From contig JBDNJK010000121.1 in the NCBI GenBank assembly GCA_041687805.1, forward strand, positions 19,222 through 83,221: a DNA stretch of 64,000 nt, given 5' to 3'. Source of the stretch: Acidimicrobiales bacterium (GTDB lineage Bacteria; Actinomycetota; Acidimicrobiia; Acidimicrobiales; Aldehydirespiratoraceae). The position numbers and the translations under genes are program-made. Numbering within the stretch: position 1 is the first letter of the stretch; each line of letters starts with the position of its first letter. Below the pieces are notes generated by a model. The model saw only the letters and a list, made by a program, of their open reading frames with translations. It searched no databases and was not told where the DNA came from. Below, piece after piece: positions 1-8,564 of this stretch.

Positions 1-1299
1 GGAGGTGCCCTTCATGAGGTCGTACGGGCCGGGTGTGCCAGTCTCGGACATCGATCCCGGGAAGGGGCTTCCGTCGAATGCCGACCGGTATGCAATGTGA
101 GCCGAGTCGCTGGTGTCGTCAGGGTTCATCATGTTGGTGAACGATGTTGTGCCCCACAGAACTGAAGCCTGATCGAAGAGCTGGCTGCTGGCATCGTCAA
201 CCGTCAGGTCAGTTGCCTGTGGTGGCAGGCCTTCGGCTACTGGACCCTCAGCTACGGCAATGGCGTGCGGGAAGTACTGGATTCCGTTCGCAGGGTCGTA
301 GGAGGCCAGATCAATGGGCCCAAGTGTTGAGCCGTCATACGCGAGGGCGTTGGTGAGGAAGGCAATCTTGTTGATCGACTCGGCAGTGAGAACCATGCCG
401 ATGAAGCCATCACGATTGTCTCCGCCGTAGAACACGTCGTTCGTAGGGTCGAAGTTGGGGCTGCCGGGGGCATCTGGGGTGACGGTGCCGTCAGCATCGA
501 TTCCGTCCTCGGCTGCGTTGTGGAACGCGCTGAGCATGTCTGATGCCCACAGGTACTGCTTCATGAGCGTCTGACCCATGGCGGCAGGCACTAGATGGCG
601 GTCGAACTGGCTGCGGTCCCACCGCATGGTGGCAACGTCGGCCCAATCGAATACCGCGGGATCGACCGGCTGGGGGAGGTGAGGGTCGCCGCTGGCGAAC
701 TCGGCGAACTGCGGCCAGGCGTTGGCCGGCGGTGTCTCGCCGGTCAACTTGGCGAAGTTCATGATGGTCTGGACGAGCTTGTCGTCTTCTTTGAAGCCGT
801 TGGGTGTGCCGGTGATCGACCCGTCGAAGCTGTCGGGCTCAGCCGCGGCAGCCTTGCGAATGAGCGGTGCCCACATCATGTGGAGCCCGATACCCGAATT
901 TCGCACGACGTTGCCGAGTTGGTAACGGGAGTATTCGTAGTTCTCGATGCCGAGCACATATGAGGTGTCGTCGGGCTGGCCGGCAACAGCCGGGTCGAGG
1001 TCATCCAGGTTGTACCCGAGGGCCTCTGCGAACGGTTCGCCGCTCTCATTGATCTCGTTGGCGAGCAACATCTGGTTGGCAGTGTCGAAGATGTCTGTGG
1101 TGATGACGGGGGCAACTGGCGTCGCTTCCGTTGTGGCGGGTGCTGCGGTTGTGGTCGCCGTCGCTGTAGTGGTCGTCTCGGCAACCGCTGCCGACGTGGT
1201 CGTTGATGAAGCGGCGTTGCCGCTGTCATCGCTACAAGCCGCAGCGATGAGCGCTAGTGCGGTCAAGGCTGACGCGACTCGAAGGGGTTTTCGTTTCAT
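1..1299 (-). CDS. secreted lipoprotein of unknown function (C-terminus runs off the window)
   Basis: Absent from the ORF track because no stop lies inside the window. I read the minus-strand frame triplet by triplet from 1299 down to 1 and found no stop. ATG at 1297-1299 is preceded by GGAGAG. N-terminus MKRKPLRVASALTALALIAAAC is a signal peptide plus lipobox, followed by a Thr/Ala-rich linker. Confidence 0.6.
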   Translation of the reverse strand, partial: MKRKPLRVASALTALALIAAACSDDSGNAASSTTTSAAVAETTTTATATTTAAPATTEATPVAPVITTDIFDTANQMLLANEINESGEPFAEALGYNLDDLDPAVAGQPDDTSYVLGIENYEYSRYQLGNVVRNSGIGLHMMWAPLIRKAAAAEPDSFDGSITGTPNGFKEDDKLVQTIMNFAKLTGETPPANAWPQFAEFASGDPHLPQPVDPAVFDWADVATMRWDRSQFDRHLVPAAMGQTLMKQYLWASDMLSAFHNAAEDGIDADGTVTPDAPGSPNFDPTNDVFYGGDNRDGFIGMVLTAESINKIAFLTNALAYDGSTLGPIDLASYDPANGIQYFPHAIAVAEGPVAEGLPPQATDLTVDDASSQLFDQASVLWGTTSFTNMMNPDDTSDSAHIAYRSAFDGSPFPGSMSETGTPGPYDLMKGTS

Positions 1300-1484
1300 G
1301 GTCTCTCCAGTGGGATGTGATAATTGGCGCGGCCCGCAGGCGCGACCTTCCGAGGAACCACCTCTCCGTCGCTGGGATTCCCCACAGTCGTGGATTGGCC
1401 CACATCTGGGGATCAATAGTGCTGGCGCCAACATTTGAGAATCTAGATTCCAGCTATCGGAATACCGGATGCCCTATTGGACTC

Positions 1485-2026
1485 TCAGCGTGAAATGAAG
1501 TCGACAAAGCGGCTGAGCCACTCGCCAAACTCCGCTAGCGCATCAGGTTGGAGCACGCGGCCATCGACCCTGCGTGAGATGCTCGACATCCCATAGGTCT
1601 CTTCGAAAAGGCGATCGGTGTTCGAGCCGACCACACCCGCGAGGTGTTCGCGCACCCCTGACGCGTCGTGGCGTCCAGGCGTAGCCGCCACGATTCCGAC
1701 CGGCTTGTCGGTGATGGGCGCGGATCCGTGGGGCCTTGTCAGCCAGTCGACGGCATTCTTGGCAACCGCTGGGATGCTCCCGTTGTATTCGGGGTGAAGA
1801 TGAGCAACCCATCGGCGGAACGGACAGCGTCTTTCAACGACGTGACCGCATCGGGATCTCCGGATTCCTCGAGGTCGGCATTGAAGAAAGGCACATCATC
1901 GACCAGCGCTTCTACAAAGGTCACGCCCGATGGCACGATCTCTTTGGCGTTCTCGAAGAGGATCCTATGAAACGATTCGGAGCGGAGACTTCCGACGATC
2001 GTTGCTATCGAGATGTCGTGGTTCAC
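1485..2026 (-). pseudogene. NADPH-dependent FMN reductase (PF03358-like) with a 1-nt frameshift near 1790
   Basis: ORF 1739..2149 ends ...DGLLIFTP and ORF 1485..1691 continues the same family in another frame (...AATPGRHDASG...). Reading across gives TP(E)YNGSIPAVAKNAVDWL only if one G is added to the run at 1790/1791. The likely GTG start at 2026 avoids overlap with the tRNA. Confidence 0.6.
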
Positions 2027-2081
2027 TCTCGGCTCCGATCGTGTGGCCGCGCACAATACCGCGAGGCCGCAAACAATCTTG

Positions 2082-2155
2082 TCGGGCAGGCGGGATTTGA
2101 ACCCACGACCTCCTCGTCCCGAACGAGGCGCGCTACCAACCTGCGCCACTGCCCG
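2082..2155 (-). tRNA. tRNA-Pro (anticodon CGG)
   Basis: 74-nt cloverleaf read on the minus strand. Acceptor CGGGCAG/CTGCCCG, anticodon arm CCTCG-TTCGGGA-CGAGG, T arm GTGGG-TTCAAAT-CCCGC. Confidence 0.9.
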
Positions 2156-2216
2156 TGTGCAGAAGCGAAATGCTACCGCCGGTGCTGCCGCGATCCCACT
2201 AGGGAATCGCGCCGAT

Positions 2217-2612
2217 TCAACCCTCTACTGTCGCCTTGGTCGTGCGAGCTTCAGCGAGAACGGATTCAATCTTGCGCAGCAGGGCAAATGGATCAAGAGG
2301 CTTGACGATCCAATCGTCGGCGCCGGTGTGTTTGGCCAAGAAGGCGTCGGCCTCGCGGTCGAGAAGTAGGAGGATTGGACGAGGGTCGAGCCGATGGGCT
2401 CCCTCTTCTTGGCGCAACGCCAGGCTTGTTGCTCCGCCGCCCATGTTGCCGATCTGCAGATCGAGAATTACGAGGTCGGGATCGACCGCTTTTGTGGCGG
2501 TGATCACATCGGCACCAGCTCTCACGCGATGGAGTAAGTGGGTGCCGCCGACCGCAGCCTCAACTTCATCGAGTATGGAATCGGCGTCGGTGGCGAGAAG
2601 TATGCCTGTCAC
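2217..2612 (-). CDS. single-domain response regulator (CheY-like receiver)
   Basis: 131 aa. Phospho-acceptor context DLVILDLQIGNMGG and conserved Lys in DWIVKPLDP. No output domain. Confidence 0.8.
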   Translation of the reverse strand: MTGILLATDADSILDEVEAAVGGTHLLHRVRAGADVITATKAVDPDLVILDLQIGNMGGGATSLALRQEEGAHRLDPRPILLLLDREADAFLAKHTGADDWIVKPLDPFALLRKIESVLAEARTTKATVEG

Positions 2613-2666
2613 AGGTGAGATCGTACAGGTGGCCTACCTAAGGGCCACGGTCGGGCGTCGCGTGCT

Positions 2667-3038
2667 GTGTGGCGATACCATGCTGATGTGCTCGACATCA
2701 TTATCGAATCTTCGGAAAGCGTCGGATATGCCGTGCTTCGCCCCGAGGGCGAACTCGATGCCTATTCCGTCGCGCAATTTCGTGAGGCATTCACCGCGAT
2801 TTGTGATGAGCCTCGCTTGGTCGTCGACCTTGCTCAGGTGCAGTTCATAGATTCTGCCGGGCTTGGTGCGTTGATTGGTGGCATCCGAAAGCTGCGGGAG
2901 AACGAAGGTCGGATCAGCGTCTTTTGTGACCGGTCCAACATCAATCGCCTCCTCCACACCACCGGTTTCAACCGAATCGTGCCGGTCAAGGAGACCATGC
3001 TGGAAGCGGTCGCGTCGCTCGACGAAGCGCCCGACTAA
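2667..3038 (+). CDS. STAS-domain anti-sigma-factor antagonist (SpoIIAA/RsbV-like)
   Basis: GELDAYSV...VVDLAQVQFIDSAGLGALIGG is typical STAS. The true start may be the in-frame GTG at 2688. Confidence 0.8.
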   Translation: MWRYHADVLDIIIESSESVGYAVLRPEGELDAYSVAQFREAFTAICDEPRLVVDLAQVQFIDSAGLGALIGGIRKLRENEGRISVFCDRSNINRLLHTTGFNRIVPVKETMLEAVASLDEAPD

Positions 3039-4105
3039 ACCAGCAGTTCGGCGATCTTCGTTAGGCCGTCGATGTCGTGGACATCTGAAGACAACAACGG
3101 AACTTTGACGAGCGTGGCTCCGTTCACATTGGCCATGAGTTCGTCGATTCGTTGATCGTCGCCGTTGGCAGCAGCAGTGTGATCGGCCATGGCTAGCGAG
3201 GCTGCCGAGATGTGGCGACGAAATTTGGTTCGGGTGATTTCGGCGGCTCTCTCCGATGACGTCGAGAGGGTTGGAAGCATCCGATTGGCTACAACGGCAG
3301 CCACTTCAAGGTCGGATTGCTCGAGGCGGTCGAGGAAAAATCGTGCCTCGTCGAGAGTGTCGCTTCGGGGAGATGCCACCAGGACAAATGCGGTGCGGTC
3401 GTCGGCTAACAAATCAAGGGTGGCCATGGCTCTCGACCTGAACCCCTCCTCCATCCCCTCGAAGGCCTGAAAGAACGCCACCGCTTCATCGACGACATCG
3501 GCTCCGACAACGCGGGCAAGTTGCCGCAACATTGCTTGAGCAGCGTTGTTGACGGCCTTGAATACGCCGCGGCTCGGAGCGGTCAGCATTCGGTAGATCT
3601 GATTATCGAGAAGCCGGGCAAGGAGCAATGGTGCGTCGAGAAAGGCAAGCGCGTCGCGGGTGGGCGGGGTGTCGACCACCACTAGATCCCAGTCGCTGCT
3701 CTCATGGAGCTCGCTCAGCTTTTCGACGGCCATGTAGTCCTGTGTGCCAGAGAGAGTCGTCGAGATGTTGCGGTAGAACCGGTTGGAGAGAATTTTCTCG
3801 GACTGGGCCTCGTCGGCAGAGTTGCGACGCACTACATCGTCGAACGTCGACTTCGTGTCGAGCATCAGAGCCGCGAGCTGCCCGGGCCAAGGTCCGTCGA
3901 TGGTGACCGGAGTATTTCCGAGTTGAGCGATCCCAAGTGAATCGGCGAGACGCCGAGCAGGGTCGATCGTGACAACGACGGCACGTCGACCGTCGATGGC
4001 GGCGGCAAGGGCGGTGGCCGCAGCGGTTGTGGTCTTTCCGACCCCACCGGTGCCGCAGCAGACCACTACATGTCGGTTATGGATGATGTCGCGGTAGCCG
4101 GTCAT
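3035..4105 (-). CDS. ArsA/Get3-family ATPase
   Basis: P-loop VVCCGTGGVGKTTTAAA. Its start overlaps the upstream paralog's stop by 4 bp. Resembles Mtb Rv3679/Rv3680. Confidence 0.8.
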   Translation of the reverse strand: MTGYRDIIHNRHVVVCCGTGGVGKTTTAAATALAAAIDGRRAVVVTIDPARRLADSLGIAQLGNTPVTIDGPWPGQLAALMLDTKSTFDDVVRRNSADEAQSEKILSNRFYRNISTTLSGTQDYMAVEKLSELHESSDWDLVVVDTPPTRDALAFLDAPLLLARLLDNQIYRMLTAPSRGVFKAVNNAAQAMLRQLARVVGADVVDEAVAFFQAFEGMEEGFRSRAMATLDLLADDRTAFVLVASPRSDTLDEARFFLDRLEQSDLEVAAVVANRMLPTLSTSSERAAEITRTKFRRHISAASLAMADHTAAANGDDQRIDELMANVNGATLVKVPLLSSDVHDIDGLTKIAELLV

Positions 4106-5061
4106 GATTGTGGCGTTGGGAGTGCGGAGATGCCAGCTGTCATGGCATCGGCCAGTGTTTGGATCTGAGCAGGGCCGAGTTGAGGCACAAAGAGTTGAGG
4201 TAGATGTATCTGTGGAAGTGGGAGTTGCTCTGATAATCGGGCGAGTTGGTGTTCTTGAAGGGCGGTGCGCTGCACGCGGAAATTGGCTGCTGTGCGCAGA
4301 TCGTCCAGTTCGGTGTCCGACAAGTCGAGGCCGCGAGATTGTTTCAACTTCGCCGGGTTGAGTCCACGAATCGGTGGGATGAGGCCATTGACGATGACCG
4401 GACCGAGGGATATGCCGACCTCGTCCTCGACCGCGAACGACGTCTCGATCAGTTCGTTGACGGGTGTTTCTTCAGGGATGCTCACCAACATCACCCGACA
4501 ACGGGCAGGATCAGAAAGCAGCGCAAGGGTTTCTTCGGCCTGACGATGGATTGTGCCTGCCCGCGCCGTGTCGAGCACGCCTGCAGGGCTGCGCAGGAAT
4601 CCCAGAGCGTGACCAGCGGCGGGAGCATCCACGACAATGAGGTCTGCAGCTCCGGTTGTTTCGAGTTGTCTGATTTTTCCCAGCACCAGAAGATCCTTGA
4701 TGCCGGGCGTTGCCGTCGCCACGATTTCGAGGATTCCCGAGCGGGCCATGCGCTTGGCAATTCGTCTGAAGCCGTGATCTGACAGCCACTCGACGAGTGC
4801 CTGATCTGGGGTGAGAGATCGGCATTTGATGTTGGTGGGGTGGTCGGCGTCGTCGACAACCTCTGTCTCCTCGTAGCCTTGGGAGTCGGCTCCCAGCAAG
4901 GCGCCGGCAGCCGAACGTCCGGACACCTCTATGAGGAGTACCGACTTGCCGGTTCGAGCTGCTGCCACGGCGATTGTCGCGGCGGCGGCTGTCTTTCCGA
5001 CCCCGCCCTTTCCAGCCACGATCAGGACCCGCGATGATGCGAAGAAACTACCGGGATCCAT
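4102..5061 (-). CDS. ArsA/Get3-family ATPase (second paralog)
   Basis: P-loop LIVAGKGGVGKTAAAA. I prefer the ATG at 5061 (MDPGSFF...), preceded by AGGAGG, over the ORF-track start at 5217. Confidence 0.75.
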   Translation of the reverse strand: MDPGSFFASSRVLIVAGKGGVGKTAAAATIAVAAARTGKSVLLIEVSGRSAAGALLGADSQGYEETEVVDDADHPTNIKCRSLTPDQALVEWLSDHGFRRIAKRMARSGILEIVATATPGIKDLLVLGKIRQLETTGAADLIVVDAPAAGHALGFLRSPAGVLDTARAGTIHRQAEETLALLSDPARCRVMLVSIPEETPVNELIETSFAVEDEVGISLGPVIVNGLIPPIRGLNPAKLKQSRGLDLSDTELDDLRTAANFRVQRTALQEHQLARLSEQLPLPQIHLPQLFVPQLGPAQIQTLADAMTAGISALPTPQS

Positions 5062-5075
5062 TCCCCTCCTCGTCG

Positions 5076-6392
5076 GTGCGACCTGATGCCGCGCGGCGAG
5101 TGAGCCTATCTCTGCTGGCCATGTTGACGATTCTTGGTGTGTCGTTGGGGGCGCTGCCTGCTGGCGCCGCCGGCGACGACACAAGCCCTGACCCCGCTGC
5201 AGATGTGGTCGACGCACCGATCTTCGACGTGATTCAAATCTCGGGCCTGGTCGATGAGATTGTGGCCAACTTCATAGAAAGTGCCATCTCCAAGGCCGAA
5301 TCGAATGGATCTGGCGGCCTCATACTTCAGGTCAACAGCACTGATGCGGTTGTCTCCGATCAGCGAGTGGCGGATCTGGCCCGCTCCATCGCCACCTCGG
5401 CGGTGCCTGTCTATGCATGGGTCGGTCCGTCTGGAGCGAAGGCTGAGGGGCCGGTGGCCCAACTGGTGGCCGTCACCGATGAGATGGCTGTGGCGGTCGG
5501 AGCTCACTTCGGGAAAACCGGTGAGTTGGTGGTGCCGGATGCGCTGTTGCCCGACGCTTTCTTGTCGGCATCTGATGCGCTTCGTACCGACACCGTCGAC
5601 GAGGAGGGGATTATCGAGATTGGCATGGCTCACCGTGATGCCCCCACGCTCGGATTCTTTGCTCTCGAATTGCCGGGGTTTGGTTCCAGAATCGACGACT
5701 CTGGCGATGAATTGGTCAGGGTGCCCACGTCGGTCGTGAGATTCACGAAGCTGCCCTTGTTTGATGGGTGGATGCACACCTTTGCCAGTCCGGCGATGGC
5801 GTATTTGTTATTTATCATTGGTTCCGCACTTCTGATTTTCGAGTTCTACACGGCTGGTGTCGGCGTTGCAGGAGTCGTTGGCGCGACGTGTCTCATTCTC
5901 GGGAGCTTCGGGCTTGACGTGCTCCCAGCCAGATGGTGGGCGGTGGCGCTGCTGGTGGCGGCGATGCTTGGCTACGCGGTAGATGTGCAGACGGGTGTCG
6001 CCCGGGCATGGTCGGTGATTGCCACCATCTGGCTCACCATCGGGTCTTTGTTCTTGTTTGACGGTGCGTCCATTTCGTGGATCACGCTCGTGGCAGGCAT
6101 AGGCGGGATCGCGCTCGCCATGATTTCGGGCATGCCTGCGATGGTGCGCTCCCGGTTCGGCACACCGACTATTGGTCGCGAGTGGATGATCGGGTTGATG
6201 GGAGTGGCGGCCGAGGAGATCAAGCACGACGGTGTGGTGCTGATCGATGGCGCGCCTTGGAAGGCACGGGTCAACCGCACCACGCCGATTCCCGCTGGCG
6301 ACCAGGTGCGAGTCGTTGCGATAGAGGGCCTGTTTCTGGAGGTAGAGCCCGAAGAAGGCGGTGCTCGCGACTACCGCGAAATGCGAAATTGA
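5076..6392 (+). CDS. NfeD-family membrane-bound ClpP-class serine protease
   Basis: Signal/TM segment, ClpP-like N-domain, multi-TM core and a C-terminal NfeD OB-fold (DGAPWKARV...GDQVRVVAIEGLFLEVEP). Start is uncertain: GTG at 5076 or 5100. The ORF-track start at 4974 would overlap the ArsA gene. Confidence 0.7.
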   Translation: MRPDAARRVSLSLLAMLTILGVSLGALPAGAAGDDTSPDPAADVVDAPIFDVIQISGLVDEIVANFIESAISKAESNGSGGLILQVNSTDAVVSDQRVADLARSIATSAVPVYAWVGPSGAKAEGPVAQLVAVTDEMAVAVGAHFGKTGELVVPDALLPDAFLSASDALRTDTVDEEGIIEIGMAHRDAPTLGFFALELPGFGSRIDDSGDELVRVPTSVVRFTKLPLFDGWMHTFASPAMAYLLFIIGSALLIFEFYTAGVGVAGVVGATCLILGSFGLDVLPARWWAVALLVAAMLGYAVDVQTGVARAWSVIATIWLTIGSLFLFDGASISWITLVAGIGGIALAMISGMPAMVRSRFGTPTIGREWMIGLMGVAAEEIKHDGVVLIDGAPWKARVNRTTPIPAGDQVRVVAIEGLFLEVEPEEGGARDYREMRN

Positions 6393-6490
6393 GATCGTTG
6401 GATACGGAAATAGACGTTTTCCACAGCTAATCCACAGATATCCCACTGTGAGTGACGAAACTTTTCAAGATGCTACTTTCTGCGTTTGTG

Positions 6491-6507
6491 ACCAATGTCT
6501 CATTGGT
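6491..6507. promoter_or_regulatory. perfect palindrome ACCAATG-TCT-CATTGGT upstream of the WhiB-family gene
   Basis: 7-bp arms read directly from the sequence, 34 bp upstream of the ATG at 6541, at the edge of a locally AT-rich stretch (6393-6480). Confidence 0.3.
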
Positions 6508-6540
6508 GGTAGGCAGGCAGGGGGCTACAGGGGGTTGGTA

Positions 6541-6795
6541 ATGGCGATATCTCGCAGCATGACGGAATGGCAGTTACGTGCAGCATGTCGGGGTCCGCAA
6601 TCGGCGGTGTTTTTTCCTCCTCCGAGGGCCGAGCGACGAGAAGACAAGCGCCGCCGAGAGGCTCGAGCCAAGGCGATCTGTGACGACTGTTCGGTCACCT
6701 CTGATTGTCTCGACTATGCCATCACCATAAAGGAGCAGCACGGAATCTGGGGTGGTCTCAACGAGAGTGAGCGAAAGATCCGCCGGATCGGCTGA
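6541..6795 (+). CDS. WhiB-family [4Fe-4S] transcription factor
   Basis: Cys pattern C...CDDCSVTSDC followed by GIWGG. ATG at 6541 is preceded by GGGGG. Position next to the ArsA pair resembles whiB4 (Rv3681c). No AT-hook tail. Confidence 0.85.
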   Translation: MAISRSMTEWQLRAACRGPQSAVFFPPPRAERREDKRRREARAKAICDDCSVTSDCLDYAITIKEQHGIWGGLNESERKIRRIG

Positions 6796-6814
6796 CCCGA
6801 GCAACCACCGCTGA

Positions 6815-8536
6815 TCAGCTTGGCTCTGGCATACGCGGGCCGGCGATTCTGAAGTCGCCCCGTCGGCGGGTTACACCAGTGCTGTCGAGGCGCGAAAGCA
6901 AGGGAATCGCGAACTTGCGAGTTGTGCCCCATGCGTCTCTCAGTTGGGCAACCGTGACACCATCGGAATTTCCAGCGAGGAGACGAGCCGCGATAACAAC
7001 GGCTTCATCAACGGCGGTGGCGGCGAAGAAGACACCAGACTCCTCGATTACCTGACCTCGTCTGACCAACTCACGAAGTTCGGCCCGGTCGACTCCGTCG
7101 GGAGCCGGTGGGTTGAGACCACCTGTCCACAGCAGCGTTAAAAATGTATGATCGGCGAGAGGATCAACAGCGTCCACCGGCTTGGCCCGGTTGGCCGCGA
7201 TCTCGATGCCATCGATATTGGCGAGCACGGCCCGCTGAAAATCGTCGAGGGTCGCAATGTCGAGACCCAACAGGCCGGCGGCATTGACAGATTCTCGGAG
7301 GTTGGCGACTTCTAGTTGAAGCACGTCGGGAGCAACCGCCCATCGCCCGATGTCTGGTGGCCTCAACTCGCCTGTGAGCAGCATCAGCGTCGAAACGTCG
7401 ATGCGTCCTCGTTCGGCGATCACGCGGTCGACGCTGCGATCGGGACGTGACTTTGCCGCGGTGAGCACCGGATCCACGTCGAGGATCTGCCCCCCGCCCA
7501 ACGTCTCGCCTCGGCCGGTCTCGCGCAGGATGAACCGGTCGCCCGGCAGCAACGGAAGGGCGACCGGGAGATGCATTCTGATCGAGCCAACCTGGCCAGG
7601 ATCAAGACCCGTTGCCCCCAACACCGAGGCCCTGACTGGATGTTCGCCAGAGCCGATGTAGGCGAGGTGGGCGCCGCGTTTAGTCACTCGATGATCGAGC
7701 GAATCAAGGACAACGAGTTCGGCGTCGACCATTTGGGTCGTGTGCCATTGCTCGGCGAAGACCAACACATCGCCACGGCGAATCTGGTCGTGAGATACAC
7801 CGCTCAGGTTGACGGCAACCCGATTGCCGGGCCCTACCTTCGTGCGCTCAGTGTGGAGACTCTGGAGTGCTCTGATTCTGACGTCGAGTCCGGCCGGGAG
7901 GACGGTGAGTTCCTGATCGACCCTCAACATTCCGCCGGTGAGGGTGCCGGTGACCACGGTGCCGGCGCCCTTCGCGGCGAACACGCGGTCGATCCACAAT
8001 CGGGGTCGCTTCGAGTCGGAGGCGGTGGGTGTCGCTTCCAGCAGACGATCGAGAGCATCGACCACGATGTCGACGCCTACGCCATCGATCGCATCGACAT
8101 CAACGATTTCCGCACCCTCGAGGAATGTGCCGGCAACCGAATCGATCACTTCGAGTCTGGCCAACTCACGAAGATCATCGTCGGCCTGGCCGACTTTGGT
8201 GAGCGCGATCATGCCACTCTCGATTCCGAGTAGTTGCAGAATTCTCAGGTGTTCTTCTGATTGTGGTTTCCATCCCTCGGTGGCGGCCACAACAAATAGA
8301 CAAGCGCTCACCCCGCCGACTCCGGCGAGCATGTTCTTGAGAAATCTCACATGGCCCGGGACGTCGACGAAAGCCACGCCGCGCTGTGACGGCAGTGTGG
8401 CGGAGGCAAATCCAAGGTCGATGGTGAGGCCGCGGGCTTTCTCCTCGGCAAGCCGGTCGGGATCGGTGCCGGTGAGTGCCTTGATGAGCGTGGACTTGCC
8501 GTGGTCGACGTGGCCAGCTGTGGCTACAACGTGCAT
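6815..8536 (-). CDS. selB: selenocysteine-specific translation elongation factor
   Basis: MHVVATAGHVDHGKSTLIKALTG G-domain plus a long C-terminal winged-helix region. Start moved to the ATG at 8536. Confidence 0.85.
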   Translation of the reverse strand: MHVVATAGHVDHGKSTLIKALTGTDPDRLAEEKARGLTIDLGFASATLPSQRGVAFVDVPGHVRFLKNMLAGVGGVSACLFVVAATEGWKPQSEEHLRILQLLGIESGMIALTKVGQADDDLRELARLEVIDSVAGTFLEGAEIVDVDAIDGVGVDIVVDALDRLLEATPTASDSKRPRLWIDRVFAAKGAGTVVTGTLTGGMLRVDQELTVLPAGLDVRIRALQSLHTERTKVGPGNRVAVNLSGVSHDQIRRGDVLVFAEQWHTTQMVDAELVVLDSLDHRVTKRGAHLAYIGSGEHPVRASVLGATGLDPGQVGSIRMHLPVALPLLPGDRFILRETGRGETLGGGQILDVDPVLTAAKSRPDRSVDRVIAERGRIDVSTLMLLTGELRPPDIGRWAVAPDVLQLEVANLRESVNAAGLLGLDIATLDDFQRAVLANIDGIEIAANRAKPVDAVDPLADHTFLTLLWTGGLNPPAPDGVDRAELRELVRRGQVIEESGVFFAATAVDEAVVIAARLLAGNSDGVTVAQLRDAWGTTRKFAIPLLSRLDSTGVTRRRGDFRIAGPRMPEPS

Positions 8537-8564
8537 TGGTGCGTCCGATAGATCTGGTTGGGGA

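Noticed and set aside
6445-6470. CRP-like half-site TGTGA (cactgtgagtgacgaaact) upstream of the WhiB-family gene, given the Crp regulator in the window and known CRP control of whiB1 in M. tuberculosis.
   Set aside because: Only one half-site matches. The second half (AAACT) is far from TCACA, so this is not enough to call a site.
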